64,000 nucleotides of DNA from Octopus vulgaris. Lineage: Eukaryota. Where the stretch lies: NCBI GenBank assembly GCA_951406725.2, contig OX597827.1, positions 48,360,001 through 48,424,000 of the forward strand, in the 5' to 3' direction. The notes beneath the pieces were generated by a model. The model ran no database searches. It was not told the DNA's origin and saw nothing but the letters and a program-made list of their open reading frames with translations. A program made the translations under genes and the position numbers. This document shows positions 13,927-26,102 of this stretch, piece by piece (position 1 is the first letter of the stretch; each line of letters opens with the position of its first letter).

Positions 13927-14002
13927 TTGGCTGAAGAGCTACAAATGGATTACTGTAAGTAATATTACATTTAATTCATTAATAGCGAAACAATTGTCCC
14001 AA
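13927..14002 (+). ncRNA. Type I hammerhead ribozyme, copy 1
   Basis: TTGG-CTGAAGA-GCTA..TAGC-GAAA-CAATTG-TC-CCAA; extended stem II (AATGGATTA/TAATTCATT, TGTAA/TTACA); predicted cleavage after GUC at 13998. Confidence 0.85.
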
Positions 14003-14460
14003 AATAATCTGTATTTTTGTTATTTTTTATTTGCCCTGTCCGTGTGAGCTAACAGTCGTACCGGCTTTCATGGGAAACATGTATTTTTCGTGGTTGAAAC
14101 CTCTTGGATTAACTGGTGCTAGAGTGATCAATATAGTGAACACTCTCTTATATTTATTTTGTGAAAATATTATAATATGTTATAAAATATTATAATAATC
14201 CAGGTTTCTCGTAGCACTAGGCCACTTGGTGTGGAATAAATATACTATTAAATTAGTATCTAATTCTCTCACCCTTATTAATTAATTATAATTATGCTGC
14301 ATTTATTTCTAAATGCTGTATTTGTTTTCCGTGAGAGTTTGGCGCGCTGTTGGTTGGGGCATTTGAATTATAACGTCCGATGTAATCAATTGAACCGCAC
14401 GCGTATTTATCGTTATGGTAAAATCTGGCGTGTGATTGAGTGGATTTCATCCAGATAGTC

Positions 14461-14536
14461 TTGGCTGAAGAGCTACAAATGGATTACTGTAAGTAATATT
14501 ACATTTAATTCATTAATAGCGAAACAATTGTCCCAA
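14461..14536 (+). ncRNA. Type I hammerhead ribozyme, copy 2
   Basis: Same as copy 1; predicted cleavage after 14532. Confidence 0.85.
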
Positions 14537-14994
14537 AATAATCTGTATTTTTGTTATTTTTTATTTGCCCTGTCCGTGTGAGCTAACAGTCGTACCGGCT
14601 TTCATGGGAAACATGTATTTTTCGTGGTTGAAACCTCTTGGATTAACTGGTGCTAGAGTGATCAATATAGTGAACACTCTCTTATATTTATTTTGTGAAA
14701 ATATTATAATATGTTATAAAATATTATAATAATCCAGGTTTCTCGTAGCACTAGGCCACTTGGTGTGGAATAAATATACTATTAAATTAGTATCTAATTC
14801 TCTCACCCTTATTAATTAATTATAATTATGCTGCATTTATTTCTAAATGCTGTATTTGTTTTCCGTGAGAGTTTGGCGCGCTGTTGGTTGGGGCATTTGA
14901 ATTATAACGTCCGATGTAATCAATTGAACCGCACGCGTATTTATCGTTATGGTAAAATCTGGCGTGTGATTGAGTGGATTTCATCCAGATAGTC

Positions 14995-15070
14995 TTGGCT
15001 GAAGAGCTACAAATGGATTACTGTAAGTAATATTACATTTAATTCATTAATAGCGAAACAATTGTCCCAA
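14995..15070 (+). ncRNA. Type I hammerhead ribozyme, copy 3
   Basis: Same as copy 1; predicted cleavage after 15066. Confidence 0.85.
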
Positions 15071-15227
15071 AATAATCTGTATTTTTGTTATTTTTTATTT
15101 GCCCTGTCCGTGTGAGCTAACAGTCGTACCGGCTTTCATGGGAAACATGTATTTTTCGTGGTTGAAACCTCTTGGATTAACTGGTGCTAGAGTGATCAAT
15201 ATAGTGAACACTCTCTTATATTTATTT

Positions 15228-15268
<41 letters not shown>

Positions 15269-15438
15269 AGAAAAGGGTAAAATAAATTCATTAATTAATC
15301 ACTTAATTAATTAATAATTTCACCTAGTAGTTCGGTACGTTAAACTAACCTTTGTAGGTAAAATTATATAAATATTCTATAATTATAAACATAATTATTA
15401 TTAGGGGTCAACTAATTGCTTCGCCACACACAATTTAG

Positions 15439-15498
<60 letters not shown>

Positions 15499-15531
15499 AT
15501 GTATATATGTACGTATATATACAAACATATA

Positions 15532-15829
15532 TCAAGTGACCGACCAGACCATCAGATGTTGTTACACATCGCTGGTCACAATGCGTTTGTATTATTTTAG
15601 CCTTCGAATGAGGCCACCTCGCTGGCTAAGCGAGCAGGCCAACAGAAGAAAGAGTGAGAGAAAGAGTGGTGAAAGAGTACGGCAGAGATCACCACCCCCT
15701 GCCGGAGCCTCGTGGAGCTTTTAGGTGTTTTCGCTCAATAAACACTCACAACGCCCGGTCTGGGAATCGAAACTGCGATCCTGCGACTGCGAGTCCGCTG
15801 CCCTAACCACTAGGTCATTGCGCCTCCAC
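15532..15829 (-). mobile_element. tRNA-derived SINE family B
   Basis: Head GGAGGCGCAATGACCTAGTGGTTAGGGCAGCGGACTCGC..GTTTCGATTCCC; homologous to 22369-22678. Confidence 0.9.
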
Positions 15830-16142
15830 ACACACTCACACATATATATATATATACATATATATATAAAACCACTAGGCCATTGCGCCTCCACATATAT
15901 ATATATATATACATATATATATACATATATATACATATAATATACATACATTTATGTGCATATATATGTATATGTATACATATACATATCCGAGTGTATA
16001 TGTGTGTGTGTCTGTGTCTGAGTGTGTGTGTGTACACGAGCATGTGTATGTATAATTCAATTTGATGTTTCCAGTTCTTAAATTTACTTTTATAACTCCA
16101 CCAATTGAACTGTGATATTTCACATGAACATATTGATCATTA

Positions 16143-16208
<66 letters not shown>

Positions 16209-16236
16209 ATACACCTCGCTCAGAGATTTATTATTG

Positions 16237-16280
<44 letters not shown>

Positions 16281-16281
<1 letters not shown>

Positions 16282-16415
16282 GTTTCAGATTTTGGCACAA
16301 GGCCGGCAAATCCGAGGAAAAGTGTAAGTCGATTACATCGATGCCAGGTTTCTACTGGTACTTGTTTTATCGACCCCGATACGATAAAAGACAAAATCGA
16401 CTTTGGCGGATGACG
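16281..16415 (-). mobile_element. SINE family C fragment
   Basis: GGGGTCGATAAAACAAGTACCAG core. Confidence 0.7.
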
Positions 16416-17829
16416 TTCATATATATTAATATACATATACGTATGCATATACATATATACAACTAACTTTTATCCATCGTTACAGGTTTCCATTCGTTAT
16501 AATGTTCTGTTAGAAATATTCACTAATACTCGATGATCGTTGACAAAAATTTCAAACATTTTTTTATTACAATTCATTAACATTTATATTACCGGAAACT
16601 ATATTAAACGCATGAGCCGCTCTGTTTTTCGATAGAAAACTTATTTCTTGAAGCCACAGTATAGGTCTAAATGATGTTGGTGGAATTATGAATTCAGTTT
16701 TTTCGTGTATGTTTGTATATTTTCATGTGTCAAAAAAAAATTGAGAGTTGCATCCTCCTTTATTTTCTCCGTTTTACATTAACGCTTGTATCATGTTGAG
16801 AAACATATCTAAGCCAATAATCTATGTAATCGATTATTAGAATTTCATTGATCATTAAATTCTAGCTGATGCTAGTAAATTGTAAGAATAAGATAAGAGA
16901 CATGACATGTGAGTCGATGTAGTTATTTATTATCAATTGAGAGATTCGGTAGATTCTCTATATCTAAATTATTTCCGTTATTGCTCCTGAAATGCTTCTA
17001 TCGTAATGAATGATATTTAATCACAGCACAATAGGGAATATCTGGTCATATATCAGATATGTATCAGAATTTTTGCAGCTTTATATTACTCACGGAATTT
17101 GAGCAGTTAATTTATGTGAGTCGTGTGGCCGTACGCTATATCGTTATTATTGTTGTTGTATTGTTTGCTTTTAGCTAAGCCAGACCTACTGGAGCCTATA
17201 TACAATATATAAGCATCTATGTTCCAATTAGGACCGTTCTCTCGCGCTTTTCTTTCTTTTTAATTTAGTTCTACTAATTTCAATATGGATCCTCATTTTT
17301 TTTTGAAACGATAGAATAGGAGTGCATGGATATTTGTCATAGAAGCGAATAACTAATTGGTGTTTACGAATGCTTGTTGTCTGTTTTTTTTCTTCTTTAG
17401 CCTCAGGCCAGTTTCGAAGAGTTGACCAATTATCATCGACTAGCCAACCGTAGCCTTCCCATCTTTTATTAAATATAATGTACATAGGAATACATTTTCC
17501 AATGCGTTGCCTCCTTTAGAAAACAGCGGGGTGTATGACATAGGGAAGATTTTGATGCTAAATTAGGAGATGAACCACAAATGAAATCAAGATTCCAATC
17601 TTAGTTTTCCAAAATAAATGAATAATTTTGAATATTAATAAAAGCTAATCTAAATTTGATATTTTGACGCAGAAAACGTTCCAAATTACGTTAGAATTAA
17701 TTATTCGGTGAGTAAAAACAATATTACTCGTTAAACAGTTTTAATTAATTCAGTAAGTGTAACTGAAGATACCGAATTTATTTAAGTTTTGATATAACTT
17801 CATCAAAGGACAGTACATTCGCAGAATCA

Positions 17830-18240
17830 CGAGAGCATCGGTAAAAATATGGTCTGCTATTTCTTCCAGTTCTTGATGTTCTGTGTGCAAATCCTGGCGG
17901 TGCTGATAAATTAAGGTATTAGCCAAGTGCTGTAGTTAAATTAATCGTGTAACCCACCCCCCCACAAAGTGCTTGGCGGTATTTCTTCCGGTGTTTGTAC
18001 ATTCTGAGTGAAAATACCACGAAAATACCACCAACGCTAATGTAATGGAATATTAATCAAGTACTCTAGTCAATTTAATCAACAAATTAAACTTCTTAAT
18101 CCACAAATCCCTTCCGGTATTTCTTCCGGAATTTTTACGTTGAGTGCATATCCTAATGAGGCGATAATAATGCATACATGCGTAAAAGCGTACACGCATG
18201 CAAGTATGATGAATTTAATCGATGAAAATATCCATATTCA
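17830..18240 (+). mobile_element. Highly degenerate tandem SINE C-like units
   Basis: Repeated GGTATTTCTTCCGG..TTCTGAGTG..AAT segments. Confidence 0.45.
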
Positions 18241-18466
18241 CCCCTAAATAATGCTTTGCACCTTTGTTAGATCAATTATTAAATTATCAATGAAATATAA
18301 ACTTCGAGATAGTCGACAAAATAGTGTTGGGGAAAGCAGAAAGCTTTCTAGATTGTGGACGGGTTGGTGTAGACAACTACAACTATTTAAAGAACAAATC
18401 ACCTAGTGACACCATTCACAACCAAAATAGTAATTATGTTGGTGATAGTATACTGAATGCAGAGAG

Positions 18467-18612
18467 CATCATAAGGCAGGCAAACATTGATCATTGACGT
18501 ATATTAATTGGATATTTTTGCAAGTATATTTGTATATTTGTAACCACAATATTACGTAAAATATATCCAATTAAAATACCATCAATGATTAATTTTTGGC
18601 TGTCTTATGATG
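18467..18612. mobile_element. Degenerate fold-back (MITE-like) palindrome
   Basis: CATCATAAGGCAG..TTAATTGGATAT pairs with ATATCCAATTAA..CTGTCTTATGATG. Confidence 0.65.
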
Positions 18613-18690
18613 AAAATTGAAGAATTGGTATTGATTTATGGCAGCAAAATGATCTGTATAACATCCAAAGTTTACGAGTTGAAATATTTA

Positions 18691-18768
18691 ATTGAAATCT
18701 CAGCTGATTTCGTAGGAGGATTGATATAAAATGCTTACATGTCTGATAAGCACACGTCGTCAGTCAAT
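18691..18768 (-). ncRNA. Candidate degenerate hammerhead motif
   Basis: Minus strand ATTGA-CTGACGA-c-GTG..TAC-GAAA-TCagctgaGA-TT-TCAAT. Confidence 0.4.
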
Positions 18769-19232
18769 GCAGATAATAAATACGGATTTAATTTGAGATT
18801 AAAAAGAGTTCCAGGAATTAAAGCAGAAAAGACGTTTGAAGAAAATCTCTTTAATCTGGAAAAGAATTTAAAGTCCCGGAAGGTTAATAGCAGCTTTCAA
18901 AATCCTTAAAGAAAACAGTATATAACTTTTGGGATTCCAAATACAATTTTCGCTTAATCGGATAACACCATAAATCATAATGGTTCTGATATAAGCACGT
19001 ACATCAGAGTGCTGATCACGATTATCAATGCTATTTACAAAAGATCATAAATTAATGCGTATAATTCCATTAATCTAGAAGTTGAAAGATAATGTTTCTA
19101 GCAAACGTAGCATAGACCACAAGCCTGAATATTAAGTTCAAATTCATTGTGAAAGAATTCAAATATTAAGCGATATTTAAATAGCATGCACCTATCTACC
19201 TATGATATATTCCAGTTAGCTCCACAGTTTCT

Positions 19233-19443
19233 TATTTCCTTATTGCCAAATAGAGAGGGGACAAACAAGGACAGACAAACGGATTACATCAACCTCAGTG
19301 CGTAACTGGTACTTAATTTATTGACCCCGAAAGGATGAAAGGCGAAGTCGACCTCGGCGGAATTTGAACTCAGAGCGAAGCGGCAGAGGAAATATAGCGA
19401 AGCATTTCGCCCGGCGTGCTAACGTTTCTGCCAGCTCGCCGCC
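19233..19443 (-). mobile_element. SINE family C
   Basis: Head GGCGGCGAGCTGGCAGAAACGTTAGCACG..GAGTTCAAATTCC; core GCCTTTCATCCTTTCGGGGTC; flanked by CCACAGTTTCT repeats. Confidence 0.9.
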
Positions 19444-19690
19444 TCCCACAGTTTCTGTGTTCCACAGTTTCGCCGCTAGTTCCACAGTTTCTGCCCACTA
19501 CAAAACTGTGTAATAAGTATCAACCGTTTATGGTTCACACATGTTTTTTTTTTATTGAATTATCATTAGCTTAGGCATAAAATAAAACCACAAATGGAAG
19601 GGAGCAACGTGTTGTAAATATTAATACCAAAACCGCAGACAGTTTAAGCACTAATGTATTATTTTATTCACTTGATGTGATTGTTTAAGG

Positions 19691-20334
19691 CAGGGGTTCT
19701 CGACCCATTTGATTACTACTTTATTCTGGTGGACCCCCCAAACCACTATGTTTAAAAACTAGTAAAATAAACTTTTTCATAATTCTAATTCTGTTTTTCA
19801 TACATCAGCTTGTTTATGTTGAACTATGTAAAATGTTAGAAAAAGAAAGATGGCTGTATTTTACATTGCATACCAATACACAGTTAAAGCAAATTCTTTT
19901 TCAGGAGCCCTTAATGTACTATAAAACGATAAACGTCACCCTTTTCAAGCCTAAACAGGCTCATGGGCCCGGTTTCCCGGTTTTTGTGGCGTATGTGTTC
20001 CACTCAGCTGGGCGAGACGCCAGTCCATCACAGCGTGTGAGAGAAAGTTGTGGCGAAAGATTACAACAAGGCTCAACACAAGCCCCTGCCGGAGCATGGT
20101 GGAGCTTTTAGGTATTTTCGCTTAATAAACACACACAAAGCCCGGTCTGGGAATCGAAACCTTGATCCTCCGACCGCGAATCCGCTGCTCTAACCACTGG
20201 AGCCATTGCGCCTCCACTAATGTACTATTAGGGAACCCCAATTTACTATTTTGCTGTTAGATCCCCACAACACACACACACAAAATATTATATCGACCCT
20301 CAAGGGGCATATGGATCCCAGTTGAAAGCCACTA
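19691..20334. mobile_element. hAT-type MITE interrupted by a SINE
   Basis: CAGGGGTTCTCGAC..GTTGAAAGCCACTA ends; 8-bp flanks GTTTAAGG/GTTTAAAC. Confidence 0.65.
19923..20217 (-). mobile_element. SINE family B variant with a different tail
   Basis: Family B head; 11-bp TSD TAATGTACTAT at 19912-19922 and 20218-20228. Confidence 0.85.
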
Positions 20335-20449
20335 GTTTAAACCATGCATCCTTTATGCAAATTACTATATCGTATTTAATACAAAACTCAACAATATTTT
20401 CTGTAATAACAATTTCGCTATGACCAGGTGAAAGTAAAGTAAACAGTAG

Positions 20450-20484
20450 CTGAAGACATTGTTATGGCAATGGAAACTATAGTC
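20450..20484 (+). ncRNA. Hammerhead core lacking a pairable stem I
   Basis: CTGAAGA-CATTG ttatgg CAATG-GAAA-CTATAG-TC. Confidence 0.35.
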
Positions 20485-20644
20485 AATATTCTGACAGCAT
20501 CGTAATTGTATAATGAAAGGCAGACGTTTACAACTTGCCAATGCATTTAATTGATTTTAATTAGTTTACAAATACAGTGACAGTTCAAAATCTCTACGTT
20601 CATTACGTAGTATTCTATACCATATGTATGTATGTATTATGTAT

Positions 20645-20756
20645 ATATGTTATTATTCAGTTTAATTTCAAGATTTCTTGTTGATATAGAAAAAGCCGGT
20701 TTCTAACCTAGATTCAAGTCTCGTTCACTGGAATTTCAACATCAACAGGGTATTTT

Positions 20757-20788
<32 letters not shown>

Positions 20789-21152
20789 TGTATGTACATA
20801 TGTATGTATGTATGTATGTATTATCTATACATGTTATTATTCAGTTTTATTTCAAGATTTCTTGCCGATAGAGAAAGAGCCGGTTTCTAACCTAGATTCG
20901 CGGGAATTTCAACATCAACAGGTTATTTTCTTATGTATGTATGTATGTATGTATGTATGTATGCTTGCAGATTTCTATGCTTCGTTCTATGTATACCTTC
21001 TCATGCATATACTTACATATCGAGACATGCTGATATATGCTAAACTTCTCAAATTTTTTAAAGATTTTTACAGTTCCAATGATGGATTGGATGTGTAGTA
21101 TTCAAATCAGCTTTCTCTTTTCTATTCTTGATAAGCCTAATTTTTCAAGATT
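20645..21152 (-). mobile_element. R4/Dong-like LINE 3' ends (two tandem 3' UTR pieces) in (TATG)n
   Basis: CCGGTTTCTAACCTAGAT motif twice; homologous to 32130-32680 and 57640-58505. Confidence 0.7.
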
Positions 21153-22124
21153 GGTATGTATGTATGCATGTATGTATGTATGTATGTATATATGCATGCA
21201 TGCATGATATGGTCAAGTCCCTTTAAGTCATCTACTTGATGAGGAGAGGACGTATCGAGAAGGTGTACAATATTTAGAGGGAGGAGAAAAGAAGATGATA
21301 GAGAAAGGGCCAGTTAAATAAAAGAATAAGTAAATATATAAATAAATAAATAACTGTATCAATGAATACAATGGTATGTTTGAGAAATTAACTCTAATGT
21401 TAGGTCTTGAAAATGAACAGATCTAATTCTCTCCTCGAACGAGATAGATTAAAATTTTGTTTGAAAAACTTACTGCTTAATATTTTTAGGGACGAAGAGA
21501 AGTCGATTCTGACAGTAAGTAGAACGTCATTTTGGTACAAATCGCCACCAATAAGAGGGACGAATGTGTTGTGTTTATATAAAAGTTATAGACCCGCTAG
21601 GTCACAAAGCAGGACTGAAACCTGGTAATGTTGTAATGGGCAACATGATAATATAAATACATATGTTCTATGCTAGAAAGCGCAATACGCAAATTAATTC
21701 ACGCACGGCCGTAAAATCTAAGTGGCATACTGTTCTATTTAACACCTAAATTTCTCTTGGTAATGGCTGGGAAAGAGATTTAATAACCTTTCTCTGAGGA
21801 TTGGTAAAGAAGTCCTAAAACTGTTTGTCAACAGACACTTATCTTCCTGTTTCTCCAGAATGTATGGAAAGTAGAGTAGTACAATTGTTTCATGCTACTT
21901 CATTTTATTAAACACTGTAAGTATTACATAAGTTTTGAAATGTCGAGTAATCTTCAGCCACGTATAGAATTTTCCAATTAAACGGACAATGCACATTCCT
22001 ATCCATATTTCATTCTCCAACATTGCAAAGAGGGTACATATTTAGACAGAGAAGTTAATTTCATTCCTAAGAACATGATGGTAGTAAGTTCATTCTCCGT
22101 CTGTATATATATATATATATATAT

Positions 22125-22351
22125 ATTTCTTTACTACCCACAAGGGGCTAAACACAGAGGGGACAAACAAGGACAGACAAAGGGATTAAGTTGATTACAT
22201 CGAACCCAGTGCGTAACTGGTACTTAATTTATCGACCCCGAAAGGATGAAAGGCAAAGTCGACCTCGGCGGAATTTGAACTCGGAACGTAACGACAGACG
22301 AAATACGGCTACGCAGGTCGCCCGGCGTGCTAACGTTTCTGCCAGCTCGCC
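22125..22351 (-). mobile_element. SINE family C
   Basis: Full head, core and tail. Confidence 0.9.
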
Positions 22352-22368
22352 TTATATATATATATATA

Positions 22369-22678
22369 TCACCGTGATCACCGTCACCAACCAGCCTATC
22401 AGATGTTGCTACACATCGCTGGTCACAATGCGCTTCATTTGTTTTAAGCCTTCAAATGACGTTACACCACTGGCTAAGCGAGCAGTCAACACAAGAAAGA
22501 GTGAGAGAAAGTTGTGGCGAAATAGTACAGCAAGGATTGCCAGCAGCACCTGCCGGATCATCGTGGAGCTTTAGTTGTTTTCGCTCAATAAACACTGACA
22601 CGCCCGGTCTGGGAATCGAAACCGCGATCCTACAACCGCGAGTCCGCTGACCTAACCACTGGGCCATTGCGCCTCCAC
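22369..22678 (-). mobile_element. tRNA-derived SINE family B
   Basis: tRNA-like head; matches 15532-15829. Confidence 0.9.
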
Positions 22679-22807
22679 ACACACACGCGCGCGCACACAT
22701 ACACACACACTCATATATATATATATATATATACATAAGATATCTGTTGCCTAATATATATATATGTATGTATATACACGTAAATATATATCCATATATA
22801 TATATAT

Positions 22808-23655
22808 TGATAAAACGGTAAGATAACAAAAGAAAGAAAGAGACCTCAATATTATGTAAATAGAGGAAATTTATCTATACAATATGTTACATTACTCGGT
22901 AGTCAAGATAAACTCTGAGTTTCAGATGCCGAAGTGGAAATCCACAACACCATCTCTTCGGTTATCTGGCTATTTGAAAACGTTATGAAAAAATACCGTT
23001 AAAAATGAAGGGAAATTACTCTGTTATAACTCTGCTTTGCCTGCGTACTTATACATCGCTCGCATTTTTCGTCATAAAAATTATATAAAAATACATAAAA
23101 AAATATATAAAAATATATAAAAATATATAAAATCTTCTTGGGACATAACATAGAAAGCATGTTCTATCCGTTTTCTTTAGGGGACCAAAAACGTAACAGA
23201 AATTTAGTCACATGTGGGCATGATCCGAACATGGAGAGATGGCTTATCTGGAAAAGCAGCTTAGACCCTACCACATGTCTAAATACAAGGACAGAGCTTT
23301 TCGGATCATGCCCACATGTGACTAAATTTCTGTTACGTTTTTGGTCCCCTAAAGAAAACGGATAGAACATGCTTTCTGTGTTATGTCCCAAGAAGATTTT
23401 ATATATTTTTATATATTTTTATATATTTTTTAATGTATTTTTATATAATTTTTATGACGAAAAATGCGAGCGATGTATAAGTACGCAGGCAAAGCAGAGT
23501 TATAACAGAGTAATTTCCCTTCATTTTTAACGGTATTTTTTCATAACGTTTTCAAATAGCCAGATAACCGAAGAGATGGTTTGTGGATTTCCACTTCGGC
23601 ATCTGAAACTCAGAGTTTTATCTTGACTACCGAGTAATGTAACATATTGTATAGA
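22808..23655. mobile_element. Penelope-like element 3' end as an inverted pair (arms 22874-23229 and 23300-23655)
   Basis: Near-perfect arms of about 356 bp; central peptide ERWLIWKSSLDPTTCLNTRTELFGSCPHVTKFLL fits the E..I..LN.R.EL...C.H..K.LL end of PLE GIY-YIG proteins as recalled; hammerhead-like motif in each arm. Confidence 0.75.
23562..23623 (+). ncRNA. Hammerhead-like motif with CCGAAGA core (mirror copy about 22905-22967, minus strand)
   Basis: AGATAA-CCGAAGA-GATG..CATC-t-GAAA-CTCAGAG-TT-TTATCT. Confidence 0.55.
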
Positions 23656-23789
23656 CATATATATATATATATATGTATGTATATATACATATATACATAC
23701 ATATATATATATATACACATACATATATACATACACATACATATATACATATATATATACATATATACATACACACATACGTATCTACA

Positions 23790-23972
23790 TGTGGCGATTT
23801 TCTTTCTCCGTCTTCCCTTCTTTGGACTTTTTCTATATTTCTGACGAAAAGTTCCGCTCAAAACGTGAAATCCTCTTTCTTTTCTTTCCTTTCCTGAGCG
23901 TCCAATAACACTGTATTTATTCCACGTACTCGCGTTGTTGTTTTTTATTGCTTGTTCATGTTTGGATTAACT
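23790..23972 (+). mobile_element. Copy of the 11911-12116 repeat family
   Basis: TTT-CTGACGA-aaagttccgctc-AAAA-CGTG (GAAA lost); same tail TTTGGATTAACTAT. Confidence 0.65.
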
Positions 23973-24894
23973 ATGTACATATATGCCTGTGCGTGTGTGT
24001 GTGTGTGTAATTTATGTGTAAGCCTTTGAGTGTATAATTGCATATGTACGTATATGCGAATCCATATACCAGAATTTTCAATCTTTGCACTTTTCCTTCT
24101 TAACACCTGACAGATTTATATATTCGGTACCCCCAAAAATGTTTGATCTGTCAACTGAAGAAAACTATCGTTATTCTGAACGTGGCATAGATAACCATAT
24201 AACATTTCATAAGCCTTAACGATATTTTAATCTTTATGGATGCAACAGCTCTGACCAGTGTAGTCATTAATATCTTTTCGTCAATCCTGAATTATCTGTT
24301 TATGTGTATTCCATATTTCTACGTAGTAACGCCGAACATATGTGCATACATAACAATGAAAATTTCAGACACTAATAATAACAAAATCTCTCCGGGAATG
24401 TTCAATAAAATCTTCTGCCTTAGTTGTGTCGAAGTAATTATGTAGAAACCATACAGTTAGCTGTTCATCAAAGCAGAAAAAAAAATGACAATAAAGTTAT
24501 ATGGTTAGATCATATTGGAACTATATTAGAAAACTGATGTTGCTTTTCCCCATTTGAAACTTAAAAGAAAGCGTAAAAGGAATATTCAAATAGAGCAGCC
24601 AACAGAGATTCGCAAGAGAGGAATTAAGACCTCCCCTATATTATATCATTAGGAAATAGCGTACAAGTCATTGTTATCTGCCTGAATATGTGTTCCATTT
24701 TTTTTTTTAATGCAATGGAAATATGCCGATGCATTTAGCAAACTACGTTCTCTCCGATGACACCTCGATATGTATAAAATCTCTCTCTGTTTTTCTCACT
24801 GTTTCTCACCTTCTCTTCATTCATACATATATATGTGTGTGTGTATACATATATAGAAAAATATGTAGTATACACAGACACAAATACACACATA

Positions 24895-24951
<57 letters not shown>

Positions 24952-25960
24952 ATGCATATTGACAAGAAGCTATGTATGTATATATATATAGGTAGGGAAA
25001 TTGATAGATAGTAAACTCATATAAATAAATATATTAACGTATGCACACACATACATACATACATACACACACGCATATATACATATGAGCGAGAGAAAGA
25101 GATAGACAGAGACAGACGAAGAGAGAAAGAGAGAGAGGAATATATTCGAAATATTCTAGGAAGAAGAGTCTTCATTATATTATGTGAATTTGATGAGGTA
25201 TTTGTAGACAATTATGTTTTGATTTCTACTACCATAACATCTACCTGATCACGTCGATAAATATATACACACACACATACACAGATATATATATATATAT
25301 ATGCATATAGATATAGATATATTTACACGTATATTTACATATATATATATGTGTGTGTGCGTGTGTGTGTGTATATATATATATTTCAATACCGAGCAAA
25401 CAAATCACGAGAAAAATATTTCATGAATAAATAAAAATTTACAAAGTGACCATTGACTCTGTTATTATCAAGTGTAAAAAATTTAAAATGAAAGTAACAG
25501 AAAGAATAATAGTAGCGATTGCTGCTGGAAATAACCCTGAAAACATTTATTGAAATCACCAAAATACACTGATAACAACTACAGAAATCAAACGTCCATA
25601 GGCAAACGGGATAAGACAATCCTTCAGCATACATTCAAGTATTTGGACTCACGTGTACCGGTTTCTGGACTGACATAATAATCTAACCTTCCTCAACACG
25701 AGTTATGATAGAAATTCCCAACCCGTCGTGTCGAAGCAAGGAGACATACTTAGTATTTCCTTTGATTAATTTTTCATCCTTCAGGTGTATATAGTTATGG
25801 TATATTCTGTAAAGAACATAGTAGAGTACAGTATAAAGCTCGTCCAAGCTTCAGATTTAACCTGTGATGTCCAGTAGTAGTATTATACGTACTTCCAGGT
25901 TTGCGTTTGGGCATCTGTCATGTGTGAATAGGTACCTGAAGAAATTGGAGCCAGGGAATC

Positions 25961-26032
25961 GTCTGGGAATCGAAACCGCGATCCTACAACCGTGAGTCCA
26001 CTGCCCTACCCACTGGACCATTGCGCCTCCAC
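25961..26032 (-). mobile_element. SINE family B head only
   Basis: tRNA-like head sequence. Confidence 0.8.
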
Positions 26033-26042
26033 ATATTTTTTC

Positions 26043-26102
<60 letters not shown>

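Larger units (their letters stand above)
13630..15228 (+). mobile_element. 534-bp x3 tandem array with one hammerhead per unit (retrozyme-like / non-autonomous PLE derivative)
   Basis: CTGAAGA at 13931, 14465 and 14999 (period 534); units look identical; no substantial ORF; (TA)n on both sides of the whole insertion. Confidence 0.85.

Noticed and set aside
13630-15228. CRISPR-like or coding repeat
   Set aside because: Units are contiguous with no spacers and no substantial ORF; eukaryotic context
15770-15829. tRNA gene (also at 22610-22678, 25961-26032 and SINE A heads)
   Set aside because: tRNA-like heads continue into SINE bodies and lack a full cloverleaf
23440-23490. SECIS-like ATGA..AA..GA in the PLE 3' UTR
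   Set aside because: Spacing and helix do not fit, and no in-frame UGA is visible
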